From Tubulanus polymorphus (taxonomy: Eukaryota; Animalia; Nemertea), in contig NC_134034.1 of NCBI RefSeq assembly GCF_964204645.1, positions 8,692,962-8,756,961 of the forward strand: a stretch of DNA of 64,000 nucleotides, read 5' to 3'. The position numbers were made by a program, and so were the translations under genes. Positions 26,339 through 39,210 of the stretch are shown piece by piece. Under the pieces are notes generated by a model. The model ran no database searches and had not been told where the DNA came from. It saw only the letters and a program-made list of their open reading frames with translations. Each line of letters starts with the position of its first letter. The stretch's first letter is position 1.

Positions 26339-26496
26339 TGATAATCACCTTAATTTTCAGTAAGGCCTCTTACACGCATTGTAAAAGACTAATTCCTAAA
26401 CACACAATCCACGCACACGCGCAACCGAGCTCGGTATCCCTTCGCTGTCCCGTCAATTTTTCTAACCCCAAAAAGCCCAAGTCCACATATCTAACA
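26339..26496 (-). repeat. copia 3' LTR
   Basis: 157/158 identical to 31301-31458; adjacent polypurine tract on the - strand. Confidence 0.97.
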
Positions 26497-26510
26497 ATCT
26501 CATCTATCTT

Positions 26511-26651
26511 TCTTTTTAACGGAGCAGAACGCTTTTCCACTGAAGAATTACAAGTCGTAACTTTCTAACGGAGTAGAACACTTTTCTACTGAAGAATTAC
26601 AAGTCGTAACTTTCTAACGGAGTAGAACACTTTTCTACTGAAGAATTACAA
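26511..26651. repeat. 49-bp tandem repeat (~2.9 copies) in the copia 3' UTR
   Basis: ctttctaacggagtagaacacttttctactgaagaattacaagtcgtaa repeated. Confidence 0.9.
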
Positions 26652-26697
26652 AAATTGATAAGTCATGGTTTATCTATTTACATGGCATCAACAATGT

Positions 26698-29600
26698 TTA
26701 TAGCGTCCACTGAATAGTTCCAGACTCCAAAGCCTGCAACAGACCCGCAGCTGACGCACCTTTTTTTGAAAGGCAATCAGCTAGTTGTTTATTCGAGTCG
26801 ATCCAACGCAGCTCTTTCAGCGCACCATTTTCAATAACTTCTTTTATATCAGCTATATCGATTCTGAGACGTTTCTCAGTGACTGCTTTGTTGGAAACGA
26901 CTGCTTCACACAGCGATTTACTATCAGTGAGGCATATCACATCAACTAAACCAAACTCCTTTCTGCCAAACATAAGCTCAGTGTACATCAAGCATAAAGG
27001 TAAGGCGGCATCAACCGCATCCGCTAAAGCTAACGTCTCACCCGCAAGGGTACTTCGCACAACCCTACGGACCTTCTTTGAGCTCCAACATATTGGTGAC
27101 ATATTTGCATCCTCACCAACGAAACAAATAAAACAGCCACCTTGAGTACCGCCATCAGATAAATTCCCTAATGATGCATCACAATAAACCAACATTCTAG
27201 GATTCTTCAGATACTGAAATTGTATACTGACATTTTCAGCTTTAGCCCTTTTAATCACTTTATTCAACGCCAAAATATCTCCAACTTTTCCTTTCTTTAT
27301 TGAGGATGCAAGCTGGCAGACATCGAATATTAAATCTGGTCTTGTTTGACGGCCAAGCCACAGAAGCTGACCTACTTTTTTTCCTCATCGCTGTCTTCTC
27401 ATTTTCAGTAAGACAATCACTTCGGTTTTGTGCCCGGACACTACTAATTTTTACGAATTCTAAATTTTGCTTATAGAAATCCTGATCGAGAGTCGTGACA
27501 TCTTGCGATATGTTTAGATGCATACCAACATATCTGAAAGCCTGTACATCTTCCCTTCCAACGATAAATTTCTCTCGAATCTTGCAGATAACAGTTTTTT
27601 TTCAAATTATTCATCACCTCCCCATAGAAAATCATCAACATGACATAATAGTATGCCAGTAAGTAGACCATTCTCTTCAAGCCAGTAGAAAACAGCTGGG
27701 TCATATTGACATATCCTTGCTCCCATACCAGACAAGGTGGATTTTACCTTCTTGTACCAACACAGAGAAGCATCACTGAGACCATAAACGCATTTTTTTT
27801 AACTGCCATAAATAACCATTTTCACAGGCTTCTTTAGGGGGTACCAAAAAGACTTGTCTGTCAAAGTTGTCTCCTTGGAGAAAAGCACTTTTAATGTCCA
27901 TTGACTTGGGCAGCCTTTTTTTTAGCAAGGATAGTTAGCACTATTTTCTGCGACTCACTGGAACATGTAGGTGAATCTCTTTCAGCAGACAGTTTTTTTT
28001 TTCTTCGAACCCTCTCGCTACCAGTCTAGCTTTAGGTACCAGAACACCCTCTTTTCTTTTTCTTTCATATTACAGATCCATCTGGTAGATACGGCACGCT
28101 GACCATTATCATTGACTCTTTTGTACACTCCATGGTCTTTCCAGCTTTTTAGCTCTGCTTCTTTAGCTTGGTCAAAAATCCCATATTGCGCTACTAATAC
28201 ATCGGCATCGTCAATCGTTGGTTCGAGAACTTGAAGATTATCTAACTGATTTATATCCACTGAACTCTGATATCTCTCGCCATCTGAATTTACTGTTGCA
28301 ATATTGTACCAGTCTTTATATTGTGCAGTTTTCTTTCCAGCTCTGCCTATGATGGTCCCTACCTGTGTGTTTCCATTTACTTCAAATTTAATCTGCTGAC
28401 CCTTTTTTAAGGTTGGCTTCTCATTATCAACCACTCCCTGATTCAAAGCGTCATCGGAACTGTTCACATTTCCGACCGTGTTGGGCAAAGTCTGGTTCTC
28501 AGATAACATATTATCAACAACTATTTCTTCAAGTCGCGCCGCAGTCCCAGTAGATGCGCTGTCAACTTTCTCGTTATCACTGGAATCCTGTTCGTTGTTG
28601 ATTTTCTCGTCATCACTGTCATTATTTGACTGTACAACTGCCGGTTCGGTTTCATTTCTTACGGCAAACTTATCTTGTTGTTGATAACGTTTGTCATCAT
28701 AAGGTTGATGATTAATCTCAGATACAGCTTTTTTAACCGACATGTGTGCACTCTGTTGAGCTGACCACCATGTCGAATAAATACCACAACTCCGTCCTGG
28801 CCAATAACTCGAGCAAGTCCCTTCCATGTTGACTGGTCGGGCCTTTTATAGAACACCTTGTCACCACTTCTATAAATTTCATAATTGTGAGTTCGAACCT
28901 GTTTTCGAAGGGCCCTTCTTATCTTCTCAGAACATTCAGCCTGAGTAAATGCCTGTCTTGCAGCAAACAGAGTCATAATGTGTTTTGCAATACCATTAGC
29001 TGTGGTACTTCCTTCTAATGCAGGCAGTTTGTCACATAAGACTGATGGTAAGTTGATTACAGACGAAAACTAGTTGATGTGCACTATACCCATGAATAGT
29101 ACTTAGTGTATTCTTCGCCATTAGAGTCCAAGCTAAAGCTGTCTCCCAGTCACAATCTCTATCGTCCTTGATTTTTGTAACAATTTCAGTTAGTGTCCTA
29201 TTGTGCCTTTCACAAATTCCGTTACTCCACGGACTATACGCTGCCGTAGTCAATATTTCGATGCCAAACTGTCCTCCCATTTCAATCATTTCTTCATTCA
29301 TAAACTCACCACCATTGTCACTGAACAATCTTTTTGGTGGGCCGAAAACGCTAATCCAGTGCTTAATGAATTCATCTATAACATCATGCGCTCTTTTAGA
29401 CTTTAAAATAGCACCCGCACTGTATTGCGTGTAGAGATCAATGATATGAAGATACCATAATGATTCTCCTAACTGATGTAGATCTACTGCAACTGTCTCA
29501 TTCCAATCTGAGGCCATGGGTAGCGAGACAGTTGGACGACTTAATGTTCTCTTGTACTTTTCACATAAATGACACTGAGTAACGACTCGTTCTAGAGCTT

Positions 29601-30968
29601 GACGAGTTTCTGCATCACTGATTCCTGCTTCCTCTAGAAGATTTTTCAACTTTTCTAAAGAAGCATGTCCAAATTGACGATGGAGTTTTAACATAGCCCT
29701 CTCTTTACTCTTCACATCGTCAGCAGTCTGAAGGATCAATACTGCTTCACTACAAAAATCATCGTTATAATATCTATCACTACAGATATTAACACAGTAA
29801 TGTCCCATAGAAGTTTGCTCCAATTTGATATTCCTCCCGAACATACGGACTTCATCATTACCTACATTTATTATGGCATCTGCTTTTTTTAATGACGCTT
29901 TGCTAAGGAGCAGAGGAAGATCTACATCGTCTGTAGATAATCGGCACGTATGACCATCAAAGTTTGCAGGGATGATATCATTTTCAGACGAAATACTTTC
30001 CTACCGTCACCAAAACGGAAAAACCTGTTAGAAGATGTGACGACAATCTTATCCCATTCGGAAGGTGATAATGAGTCAACATAATCATGGAGCCACTTCT
30101 TACCGCACACAGTTCTAGTACATCCAGTATCAATAACAGCGGCACCCAGAGCCTCTGTCATGAAAATTGTGTTGTCTTGTCTTCGCGAAAAGGACAACCT
30201 CATCAGAAACCTCTTCGTGTTGCATAGCATGCACTTCATCTGCCTTATGCGGACAGTTCTTAGCCCAGTGAAAAGTACTGCCACAAACAGCACATCTAGT
30301 TCTCCGTCCAGATCTATCTCCAGATCTATGTTGAGCACCACGATTTTCCTGATTTGCATACAATGTATCATGTTCTTCACCTTTGACCTTCACATCAGTA
30401 CCATAACGTCGAAATTCATCATAATTGTCATCAGTAGACTGTTTGACTTTTGCCTCTCCAAATATCCGCTTGAGAGCAGATTTCATACTTGCTAATCTGA
30501 GGGTAGGTGAAGCTGTGAGAGCAAGCTGCTTCTCTTTTTGTTGTAATCCAGCTCCATCCAAGATTTTAAATGCCAACACAGCTTCCGGTAACTGCATGTT
30601 GCGTTTAACACACCGGTTGTTGAGCCTTTCAAATTCGATTATATAATCATTAATTGACATACCTTCAGTCCGTTTAAATTTCTCAAAAGCTGTGTATATT
30701 GAGTATGCACTATCCGTGTCATCAGTCTTAAAAACCGTATCCAATTTTGTAAGCAAAGATTTCATTGCATCGTCAGCATTCAACGATGCCGTTGACAGCT
30801 CAAGAGCAGCAGCCCTCGCTTGTCCTTGCAATGTCAACGTCACTGCTAAAGCCTGCTTTTGACATCTAAATCCGTAACTAGAGTCCATATCTCAATCTCA
30901 TCTTTCCACGATTGGTAATCCGTCGCTTTATCCAACAGCGGCGGATTTTTGTAGGCAACGGACGCCAT
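26698..30968 (-). pseudogene. copia Gag-Pol polyprotein, broken by frameshifts
   Basis: MASVAYKNPPLL start; CAVCGSTFHWAKNC knuckle; DTGCTRTVCG protease; KLHRQFGH and SDNGGEF integrase; RT; TDSKSL and ADCLSK RNase H. Confidence 0.95.
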
Positions 30969-31287
30969 TTTGAAATGTACCAGCGATTTTTTTTTTTTTT
31001 TTTTTTTTTAACACAATGCGGCGCCACCGGACGGTAAAAATGACGGCCACATGCAACGAATTTTATTTAAACGAACGAACCGATGCAAACCTCAGCTACT
31101 CACACAAAACACAGCAACGATCTTTCTTTCGTCTCCTTTTTTTTTAAACAAAACGATGAATAAAGCCCTTATTCCACTTTCGCACATTGAAACAAACTCC
31201 GACGACGAATTGCCATCCACAGCGGATCGTCTCGATGTCAACAGCCACAGTAGCTCACCGCACTACCAATCAAATTTAGTTGTTTCG

Positions 31288-31298
31288 CTCTGCTACTA
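31288..31298 (-). promoter_or_regulatory. Primer-binding site, initiator tRNA-Met
   Basis: TAGTAGCAGAG vs expected TGGTAGCAGAG, 2 nt inside the 5' LTR. Confidence 0.8.
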
Positions 31299-31300
31299 TT

Positions 31301-31458
31301 TGATAATCACCTTAATTTTCAGTAAGGCCTCTTACACGCATTGTAAAAGACTAATTCCTAAACACACAATCCACGCTCACGCGCAACCGAGCTCGGTATC
31401 CCTTCGCTGTCCCGTCAATTTTTCTAACCCCAAAAAGCCCAAGTCCACATATCTAACA
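31301..31458 (-). repeat. copia 5' LTR
   Basis: Pairs with 26339-26496. Confidence 0.97.
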
Positions 31459-32459
31459 GATCACGCGGGTTTTGCTAAAAAGAGAATGACTTACGCGACA
31501 GTTTTGAAAAAGAAAACGATTGTTTTTTATTTTAAAACGGACTTCTCGTCGTCCGAACACAAAGTCAGTTATTGTGTAGCATATCACTTTTGCTATCAAT
31601 GTAAAAACGATCGCACCGATGTAAGCAAGTGCAAGAAATTCGGCGGGAGAAATATATTCCGTTGCCGAAAGCTAGACGAATTCTGTCAAAGGCTGTTTAC
31701 GTACATCCATCGCTGGGCATAGCGGGGCTAGTATTTGCTCATAACTTCAAAGCGTTCGATGGTATTTTCGTCTTAGAATACTTAATCTTGATTAATACTT
31801 AATCAACAATGGTATTATCCCTTCGATCATACAGGTCGGTGGTAAGATTCTATCGAGGAAAGTCGAGCATACAGAAATGACAGTCTTGGATTCGCTTAGT
31901 TTCTTGCCGATGAAATGAGCGAAATTATCGAAGACGCTCGGCTCCGAAGAATAAAAGAAGGGCTACTTCCCTTACGTTTTTTTAGACCCATAAACATGGA
32001 CTACGACTGGCCGTTACCAGACGCTTGTTTTTATAACCCGGTCGGTATGGACGCAAAAAAGCGATATTTTACATAGGTCCGTCGTCGAGTTTCAAGAACT
32101 GTTTTTTCGATTACTCACGTCGACTCCTACGAAAACTGTGCGACGAAGCGTTACGGTCTCATCCCCATCGGCGGATACCGGCGAGGGGATAAGACGTCTA
32201 AGATGGCCGCCCGATGGCTGAAATTCGTCGCAGAAATGGAGAACATGCGATTGAACCACGCCTTGATCGGCGGCGAAGTACGAAGCGGTCCGTACAGATT
32301 AGACGGCTTCGACCATCTGACGAAAACCGGTCTACGAACTCAACGGTTGTGCGTCCGGTGTTAAAACGAAAGTGTCGCGTCGAGTCGTGTCACCCGAGAC
32401 GATGGAGAAGAGTTCCTGATGTATGATAACGCGAGCACACAACATACATCAAGAATCGT

Positions 32460-32765
32460 GATTTTTGCAACAGACGTGTTTCAAAAAAACTCAGTGAGCT
32501 GATACATGGTTCATGGACGGGAATTTCCAAATGGAACTTTTGTTCGAACAGTTGTGTAATCCATGTCCCTCTTGCTGATTCTGCTATTTCTCCAGTTTAT
32601 GCGTTCCTTCAAAGGAAAACTCAGGAAACTTATGAAGAATTTCGCACCGTATTATGTGAAAAGTGCGATGCAAAGGGACTTTTTCTCTTGCCGAAAACTG
32701 TTGTGATAGATTTTGAGTTAACAGTTCTCGATGCGACAAAATCTGTGTTTGGATTTTCGGTCCAC
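32460..32765 (+). pseudogene. MULE/Mutator transposase fragment
   Basis: TWFMDGNF, PVYAFLQRKTQETYEE, PKTVVIDFELTVLDATKSVF. Confidence 0.75.
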
Positions 32766-32939
32766 TCGGTTGCTCGGTCGTTAGGTTAAGTCATATTTAG
32801 GTTTTTTTGGCAGGTAATGAGGATTTTAGCTCAAATTTACAACCGTTTTAGTAAGAATGTTTGTCACTAAGAGGCATCTCGATTATGTGTACGTGATATC
32901 AACGCGGTTGATATAAGCTTTGTTTCGGGATCGAATAGG

Positions 32940-33200
32940 ATTATAGTTAATCGTTAAACACTGTTACGAGCATTAGTCGATACAGGTGGTGCATCAATTT
33001 CATGTATTGCTAGGTCGACGTTCGAAAGATGTATCAAAAATCCTGTCATAGTCATTCGGATAGATGAGTATGTATAGCGCATTCAGGCCACATACAGATT
33101 TTATTGTAGGATTGGATTTTTTGGAGGAAAACAATGTAAAAATTGATCCCGCATCAGGCGCTATTGAATTTAAAGATATTTCGATTACGTTAAAAATTAT
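32940..33200 (+). pseudogene. Gypsy-type aspartic protease fragment
   Basis: RALVDTG..SISCI and DFIVGLDFLEENNVKID. Confidence 0.6.
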
Positions 33201-34990
33201 TATAAATAAATAAAGAGCTACACAGAAATAAAGCTAAAACTGTTAACAAGCTAGTTATCTCGCAGTGAAAGGTTATGCAAAATTGGAGACGGTAAGATCT
33301 TTGCTACTATCAATTGCTACTAATGAACAAGTTCAAAAAGACTATGTGCTTGGATGTGCATACTATGTAACTGATGATGATCGTTTTGATTTCGCGCATG
33401 ACAGTACTGGTGCAAACATTTTCTCCATTGATGCTGAAACACCAAGTGATAATGATGTAAAAAATAAAAATAGAAGATAATCTACGCAAAAAATATATTC
33501 CAGCAAACTCAAGATCGACTCCTGAACAAAAGGAGAGATTCATGTCCAACGAGGATAAAAGTTCCATTTCGGGGGAGTCGAGCAGACTGTCTAAAGTCAA
33601 ATGTAATTCAGATCACGCATATAGAAACTCTCCCCGTCCTCATAAAGTGAAGCTTCGAGCCTCATAAAGTGAAGCTTCGAGCTTAATGAGCCAACCACAA
33701 AAAGAAGGGAAGGAATCACATGCCATGAAATCCATCAGCTCTAAGCCACTTGGATGTGCTGGGAGAAAATGTGCAAAATTTCAATGAATTTTTCCCCCAT
33801 TCTACTACTCGATGCTTAACCTCGTTTCATGACATCACAGAGCCCTTCACAAGGGCATCACTTGGAAATCCCGGGCTTTCTCGGTGACATTATCGAGAAG
33901 TGTTTTCTACCATTTACTTGTGACTTAAAGGGAAAACCGATAACCATGTATATCATCATCAAAGTTTAACATGCTACAAAGTGCACCATGATTTCATCTT
34001 TATCAGCTGTTCAATATTGCAAATCCAAGAACAAGTCAAAGAATAAAAGTCAACAAGTCAAAGAATACGTCATATAACCGATAGGATACCTACGGATAAT
34101 CAACAGTGTCTCCATACAAACCGTTAATATATTTACGGTGGTCCAATGTCCTTAGCTCGTTGAAATATGTACGGTCTTATACATGCCTATATAATGTGTA
34201 CATTCAACGAACCGTTCAGTACTTACAGGTAGCGATCCAGCTGTGGCAAGTGTATCGCGTACGGTACTGGTGTATTTTCGGGATTCGAATCGATTTGTTA
34301 GACACGGACATGCATTCATGGATGTAATTGTATAGCGCCATATTTGATAAAAGGTTGACCTAATTACAGTTTATTCAATTCTAATCCTGGTTCTAGACGC
34401 TTCACCGATATCTTTCATGGATTTTAGAATGGAACAACAAAAAGTTAACGACGGCAGTAAGTTTCTTTTCTTTTCCTTGAATGATGTACCTTATAATGAC
34501 GACACCATAAGGGCGTCCTAGGGGTGGGGGATGTTGGTATTTCTGATTATCAATTTACCTCATACGAATTTTGTTTTAAGTTAAAACCACAGGAATAAGG
34601 GCTGTAAGTTTTGTTATAATTGTATTTTTACGGAAAGGAGAAAGAGAGAGACACCGGACAGGATAAGTCGGGCGCAATGCATAAGGCTACTCGCCCAAAC
34701 TTCGATAGATAGTCGACCTCATTCATATCTCGTGATGAAGAAAACCGGACAGTGGATGTTAATCCAAAATAGGAATGGTATCGGATTCCAAAGAAAACGC
34801 TCTACGCGAGAATGAATTAATCTCTTGAAGTTCCGAAAAAAGATGAAATTTCCTTGTAAGACGAGCTACGCTAGAGAAAATATCAACAATGAACTCGACA
34901 CCGATTCCTAAGTAGAATGAATGCTACCACTTAAGAAAATGAATTGATGCGAGACAGGATGGGGAAGCGACGCTGTTTACGGACGTTGAG

Positions 34991-35690
34991 AGTAATTGGA
35001 AAATGAGGGTTTCAGATCAGAGGACGAGAGGATGGCACATCACTCATCACCACAAGTAATTTTTCCCCCTGATTAATGGGGGAGAGTGAAAACCAAACAG
35101 AAAAAATTATGTTAATGAAAAACAATATTATTGTCCATATTGTAAAAAATACATTGATAAATCTAATTAATCTCGACATGAAAAACTGAAAATCATTTTA
35201 AAAAATGTTATAGATTTTGAAACACCAGAAATTCAAATGAAAGAAAAGAACGATTAAATGATATGAAAAATGACGAAATAAAATGTGAAGTTTGTAATGA
35301 ATTTATAGAAAAAAATGAATTATAAAATACATCTCGAATCACAAAAACACCAACAAAATTTGAATAAAAATATTTTAGGAACAGAATATTTTTATGATAA
35401 ACCTCAACAAGTAAAAAACTAAATCTATTTCAAATAAACCTTTTATGGAAAAGGTTAGAAATTAAATCGATTTACTAGAAATAAAAGATACAATTGAAAT
35501 TTTAGAAACATTAGGTAGTAAAATTGGTGCTGCAGCTATTATATTTAGATTTTTTAAAGGTTCAACAATAGAAGATTATAGCAAATATATTGAAATAATT
35601 GAAAAATTAATGGACTTTGCTAAAGATGTTGAATATCCAAAAATTAGTATTTCTGGAAAAGTAAGTTTTATAAAATCAGAAGAAACCAGA
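34991..35690 (+). mobile_element. Second AT-rich Maverick end: 70-bp terminus plus decayed zinc-finger ORF (possibly pPolB N-terminus)
   Basis: Terminus homologous to 5197-5266; YYCPYCKK..SRHEK and KCEVCNE..HLESQKH motifs; very AT-rich. Confidence 0.65.
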
Positions 35691-35724
35691 GGCCCATGGG
35701 CCTTGAAGCATTGGTAGATTATAC

Positions 35725-38700
35725 TGTGGTATTAAGTGGTTATAATGTTTTACATCTGCCGGCAAATCTTCTATGACGATGTCGATTGGGAGGACCACCG
35801 ACTTAAAGGTCTATTTTTCTAGTACGATTTTATTCCTGAAAATGAATTTATTTTCTGCCGAACGATTTAGCCTAGGCTATTTGTACTGTTAAACCTCGTT
35901 AATGCGATTGTTAGAGGTACGAATAGCTCATAGAGAGCCTCATCAAGAGTTACGTGTAACAACGAAATCTAGGACTTTAGTAGATACAACGAGCGACACG
36001 TCGATTCTTTTTAGAGATTAGATTTCATGCAATTAAATGAGTATTTAGGAGAATATATTGGTCAAAAACATGTAAGTTTAACCAGTTAATTTGTATTCTA
36101 TTATGATAATGAATTATTTAAATAGGAACTTAATCTAAGATCTGTGTTCAAATTTATCTAAGATCAGAGTTTAAATTCTATATGTTATTAATTTCAGATC
36201 AGCATTTCATGTTCGTTATGTCTCGATATTAAAATCCAATATAAATCCTAAAGAAAGGTCTTCTTCGCATCAATGGAGCCAACTACACTGATATGTTTTC
36301 GAACAGAAGAAGACTGCTGTATGTAAACGGATTGGACCTTGGACCACGAACCCATTAGAAAATAAACGTTGAAGAACTGTGAGTAAAGTTTATTACTTTA
36401 CACACCATCAACTAGAACACCCAGTTACATAATTTCGGGTGCACTACTTGAGGCCTCCAAAGGGTGATATAGATTTAATCATGAGCAACACTGAAAACTC
36501 AGTGAGCAGTCAAGATGCTGACAGAGAAATTGAAACCGATGAAAACGAAGATTCAGCATTAATCGTGAGCCCTTCAACTAGTGATGGGAGGCCGACCAGA
36601 CGAGTAGCAACAAGTAAATTAGACAAAGAAAAAGATATAAAGCAGTTGAAACACAGTCAGTCCGCGTTAACCGGGCGCATAACCGCAAGGAAAAACTTGC
36701 TTCAAAGATTAATGGAAACATGTATTGATACAAAAAGAGTCGAACACGAATTGAATAAGTACGATGAACTGGTTGAGAAATTTCTAGTGTCACACAAACT
36801 ACCAACTCGAAGCTAAGCTAACCATAAAACAACGTGAAACTGACCAGGAATATTGTGACTCTAGAACTGATGGTTATGAGCAGTTTCGAGCAGAGGTCAC
36901 AGGTTGGATTGAGTCGATGGCTGAAATGGAACTACCACAGAGAAGTGAACTTCATCCAGACGCAGTCCCATTTCTACCAAAACGAATAACTTCAATGCCT
37001 ACCAATACGTCTACACCCAGAGCTGAGACCACCACAGACAGAGTAGCAGACATAGAAAGGGAGACTTCACCACCGGAGTCATCGCCACCAGAAATGACAA
37101 GGGTTGAAGGTATATCTGACCTACCATCAGCAGTGACACCACAAGTTGAGTCATTAACTAGAGAGACCACCCCAGCTGAGGCGGTGCCAAGAAATGGCAG
37201 AACCGATTACCACGACGTAGCTGTTGACGTCAGCAGATCATCCCACGCTACAACCATGACACAGGCTACTGAACGGGCACTTTCGGCCATTGCAGACACC
37301 CAACGAGACTTGACAAATCAGATGCGTCTTCCGAAATCTGAACCCGAGAAATTTAACGGTGATGAAATAGGGTTTCGAGAATTCCTGATTGATTTTGAAG
37401 AATACGTAGCGAAATGGACGGACACCGACAGAGAGAGGTTGACACAGTTAAGGGCCTTATCAACTGGTACTCCACATGAACTCGTACGTGGCTGTGTTCA
37501 CCAAATGAAGGTTACTATGAGGCAATGAGACTGTTGGAAGCAAGATATGGTGCTCCATATGACACAAGTCGAGCATACGTAAAAAAGTTGAAAGCCTGGC
37601 CTAGACTATCTATGAAAGCGCCAGTCGAGATGGACAGATATGCTATTCTTCTAAGAGATAGCTTCAACGCACTTAAGGGGCTAGGGCGGTTAACAGAGCT
37701 AGAACACCCAACAACAATGAACCAGATTGTCGACAAGTTACCAGATTGCCTACAATATAAATGGATCAGACGGGATACGGATATCTTCAGTAAGACTCGA
37801 TATCCAGCAAGATACGAAGACCTGGTAACATTTGTTGAGATTGAGGCCAAAGTGGTCTCAAATCCATGATATGGTTCTAGACCAACCCAAGAAGATGAAG
37901 CTAAATCAACATGGAAGAATAAGCGACCAAATCTAAGACCCATATATAATGTAGCGTCCAATGAACGAAATGAATACTGCCATCACTGCAAGGGAGATCA
38001 CTTGCTCCAGGAGTGTTGGAAACTGAAGCGATTGACAAGAACTGATCGAAATGAAATTTTGAAGAAATTAGGCCGATGTTACAAGTGCCTAGAACGAGGG
38101 CACATGATTAGAGATTGTCCGCTAATGAAGAAACAAGAAAACAGCAAAAGTAGAACCAACGAAGCATGGCCTACAAGCGGCACGCGATGCACCTGAACCT
38201 GTTAACTCAAGAAGAGTTGGGTCTCAAGGGACTATAGCTATGGCTGTATTACCATTGAGACTTCGTTGTCTTGAAAATGGAGTCGAAATTACTTCGAACG
38301 CGTTCTTTGATACTGGGGCCAGGGCCAGCTTTATCACTGATGCTTTGGCCAAGAAGATGGGGCTGAGAGGACAAGCCACGACATTAGATCTGTCTACCAT
38401 GTTACAGACAAGCAGTAAAATTGAAGCGAGAAAGATCCGAAACTTGGAAGTACGAGGCCTAGCAGGAGGGAATTGGGTCAAACTCCACGAGCTCTACACC
38501 CATCGCACCGTATCTATTAACAGGAAGGAAATTCCAACCGTAAAGGATGTCTCGAAGTATCATCAGTTGAGAAACGTCGATTTGAAATTTGTAGACACTC
38601 CAGTCGGATTACTTTTAGGCGCGAATGTACCGGAAGTAATACGACCAATTGAGATAATTCCCACAGAACGAGAAGGACCGTATGCTATGCGAACAGCAAT

Positions 38701-38790
38701 TGGCTGGACACTACTTGGGCCAGTCCAGAGGGGTCAGTCGGCATACAGATCCACCTCAGTCAATAAAATTTCCATAGATGATCTAAACAA
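35725..38790 (+). mobile_element. 3'-truncated BEL/Pao LTR retrotransposon (probable 5' LTR ~35725-36429)
   Basis: LTR-like region with AATAAA ending in ...ttaca, followed by gag and protease; LTR start uncertain. Confidence 0.8.
36481..38790 (+). pseudogene. BEL/Pao Gag and protease
   Basis: LPKSEPEKFNGD, LLEARYG, IVDKLP..LQYKW, CHHCKGDH..C and CYKCLERGHMIRDC knuckles, FDTGARASFI, LLLGAN, PYAMRTAIGW. Confidence 0.9.
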
Positions 38791-38866
38791 TTTGAATTAC
38801 ATTTCCCTCTAACCATTTGCCTCATAGGGACAAAAAAATACTGGATCCAAAACTGAAGAAAATCCT

Positions 38867-39052
38867 ATCGACATCTCGGCGCTATCCACGGAAAATGAAT
38901 TCGACAGCTCAGTGCTATCCGCGGAAAATGAAATCGACAGCTCGGCGCTATCCGCAGCAAATGAATTCGACAGCTCGGTGATATCTGGAGCAAAGGAATT
39001 CGACAGCTCGCTGATATCTGCAGCAAATGAATTCGACAGCTCAGCGCTATTT
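38867..39052 (+). repeat. 33-bp tandem repeat (~5.6 copies), in-frame 11-aa unit FDSSALSAANE
   Basis: ttcgacagctcggcgctatccgcagcaaatgaa units. Confidence 0.92.
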
Positions 39053-39210
39053 CAATCTGAAGCTGACCACCTGAAAGTTCATTTTTCAATTTTTCATTTT
39101 TAAATGAACAAGATGCAACAGATCAATTTTCTAGTTCATTTACAGTCACCCATAATATTCAGGATTGTACTGATACTTGTACATATAAAAAAGAGGTATC
39201 CAAACTAAAA

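Larger units (their letters stand above)
26339..31458 (-). mobile_element. Full-length Ty1/copia LTR retrotransposon, GalEa-like
   Basis: 158-bp TG..CA LTRs with 1 mismatch, 5-bp TSD GATCA (26334-26338, 31459-31463), PPT after 26496, PBS, and gag-PR-INT-RT-RH order. Confidence 0.97.
25390..32425 (+). pseudogene. Maverick protein-primed DNA polymerase B (N-terminal and exonuclease part), interrupted by the copia insertion
   Basis: IEQVMQS, NDDNICLART, HC..CKSC..HDCYI before the insertion; after it IVFYFKT (ExoI-like), FAHNFKAFDG (ExoII), LDSLSFLPM, KKGYFPY, LIPIGGY..WL..HALIGGE..YRLDG. Confidence 0.82.

Noticed and set aside
26107-31722. ORFs 26107-26568 and 31051-31722 share an identical ~52-aa block
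   Set aside because: The block is the translated copia LTR; both ORFs are chimeric read-throughs, not paralogous genes
38867-39052. 33-bp repeats (also the 49-bp array near 26511 and the 17-bp array at 51785) as possible CRISPR arrays
   Set aside because: Units are contiguous with no unique spacers, there are no cas genes, and the context is eukaryotic
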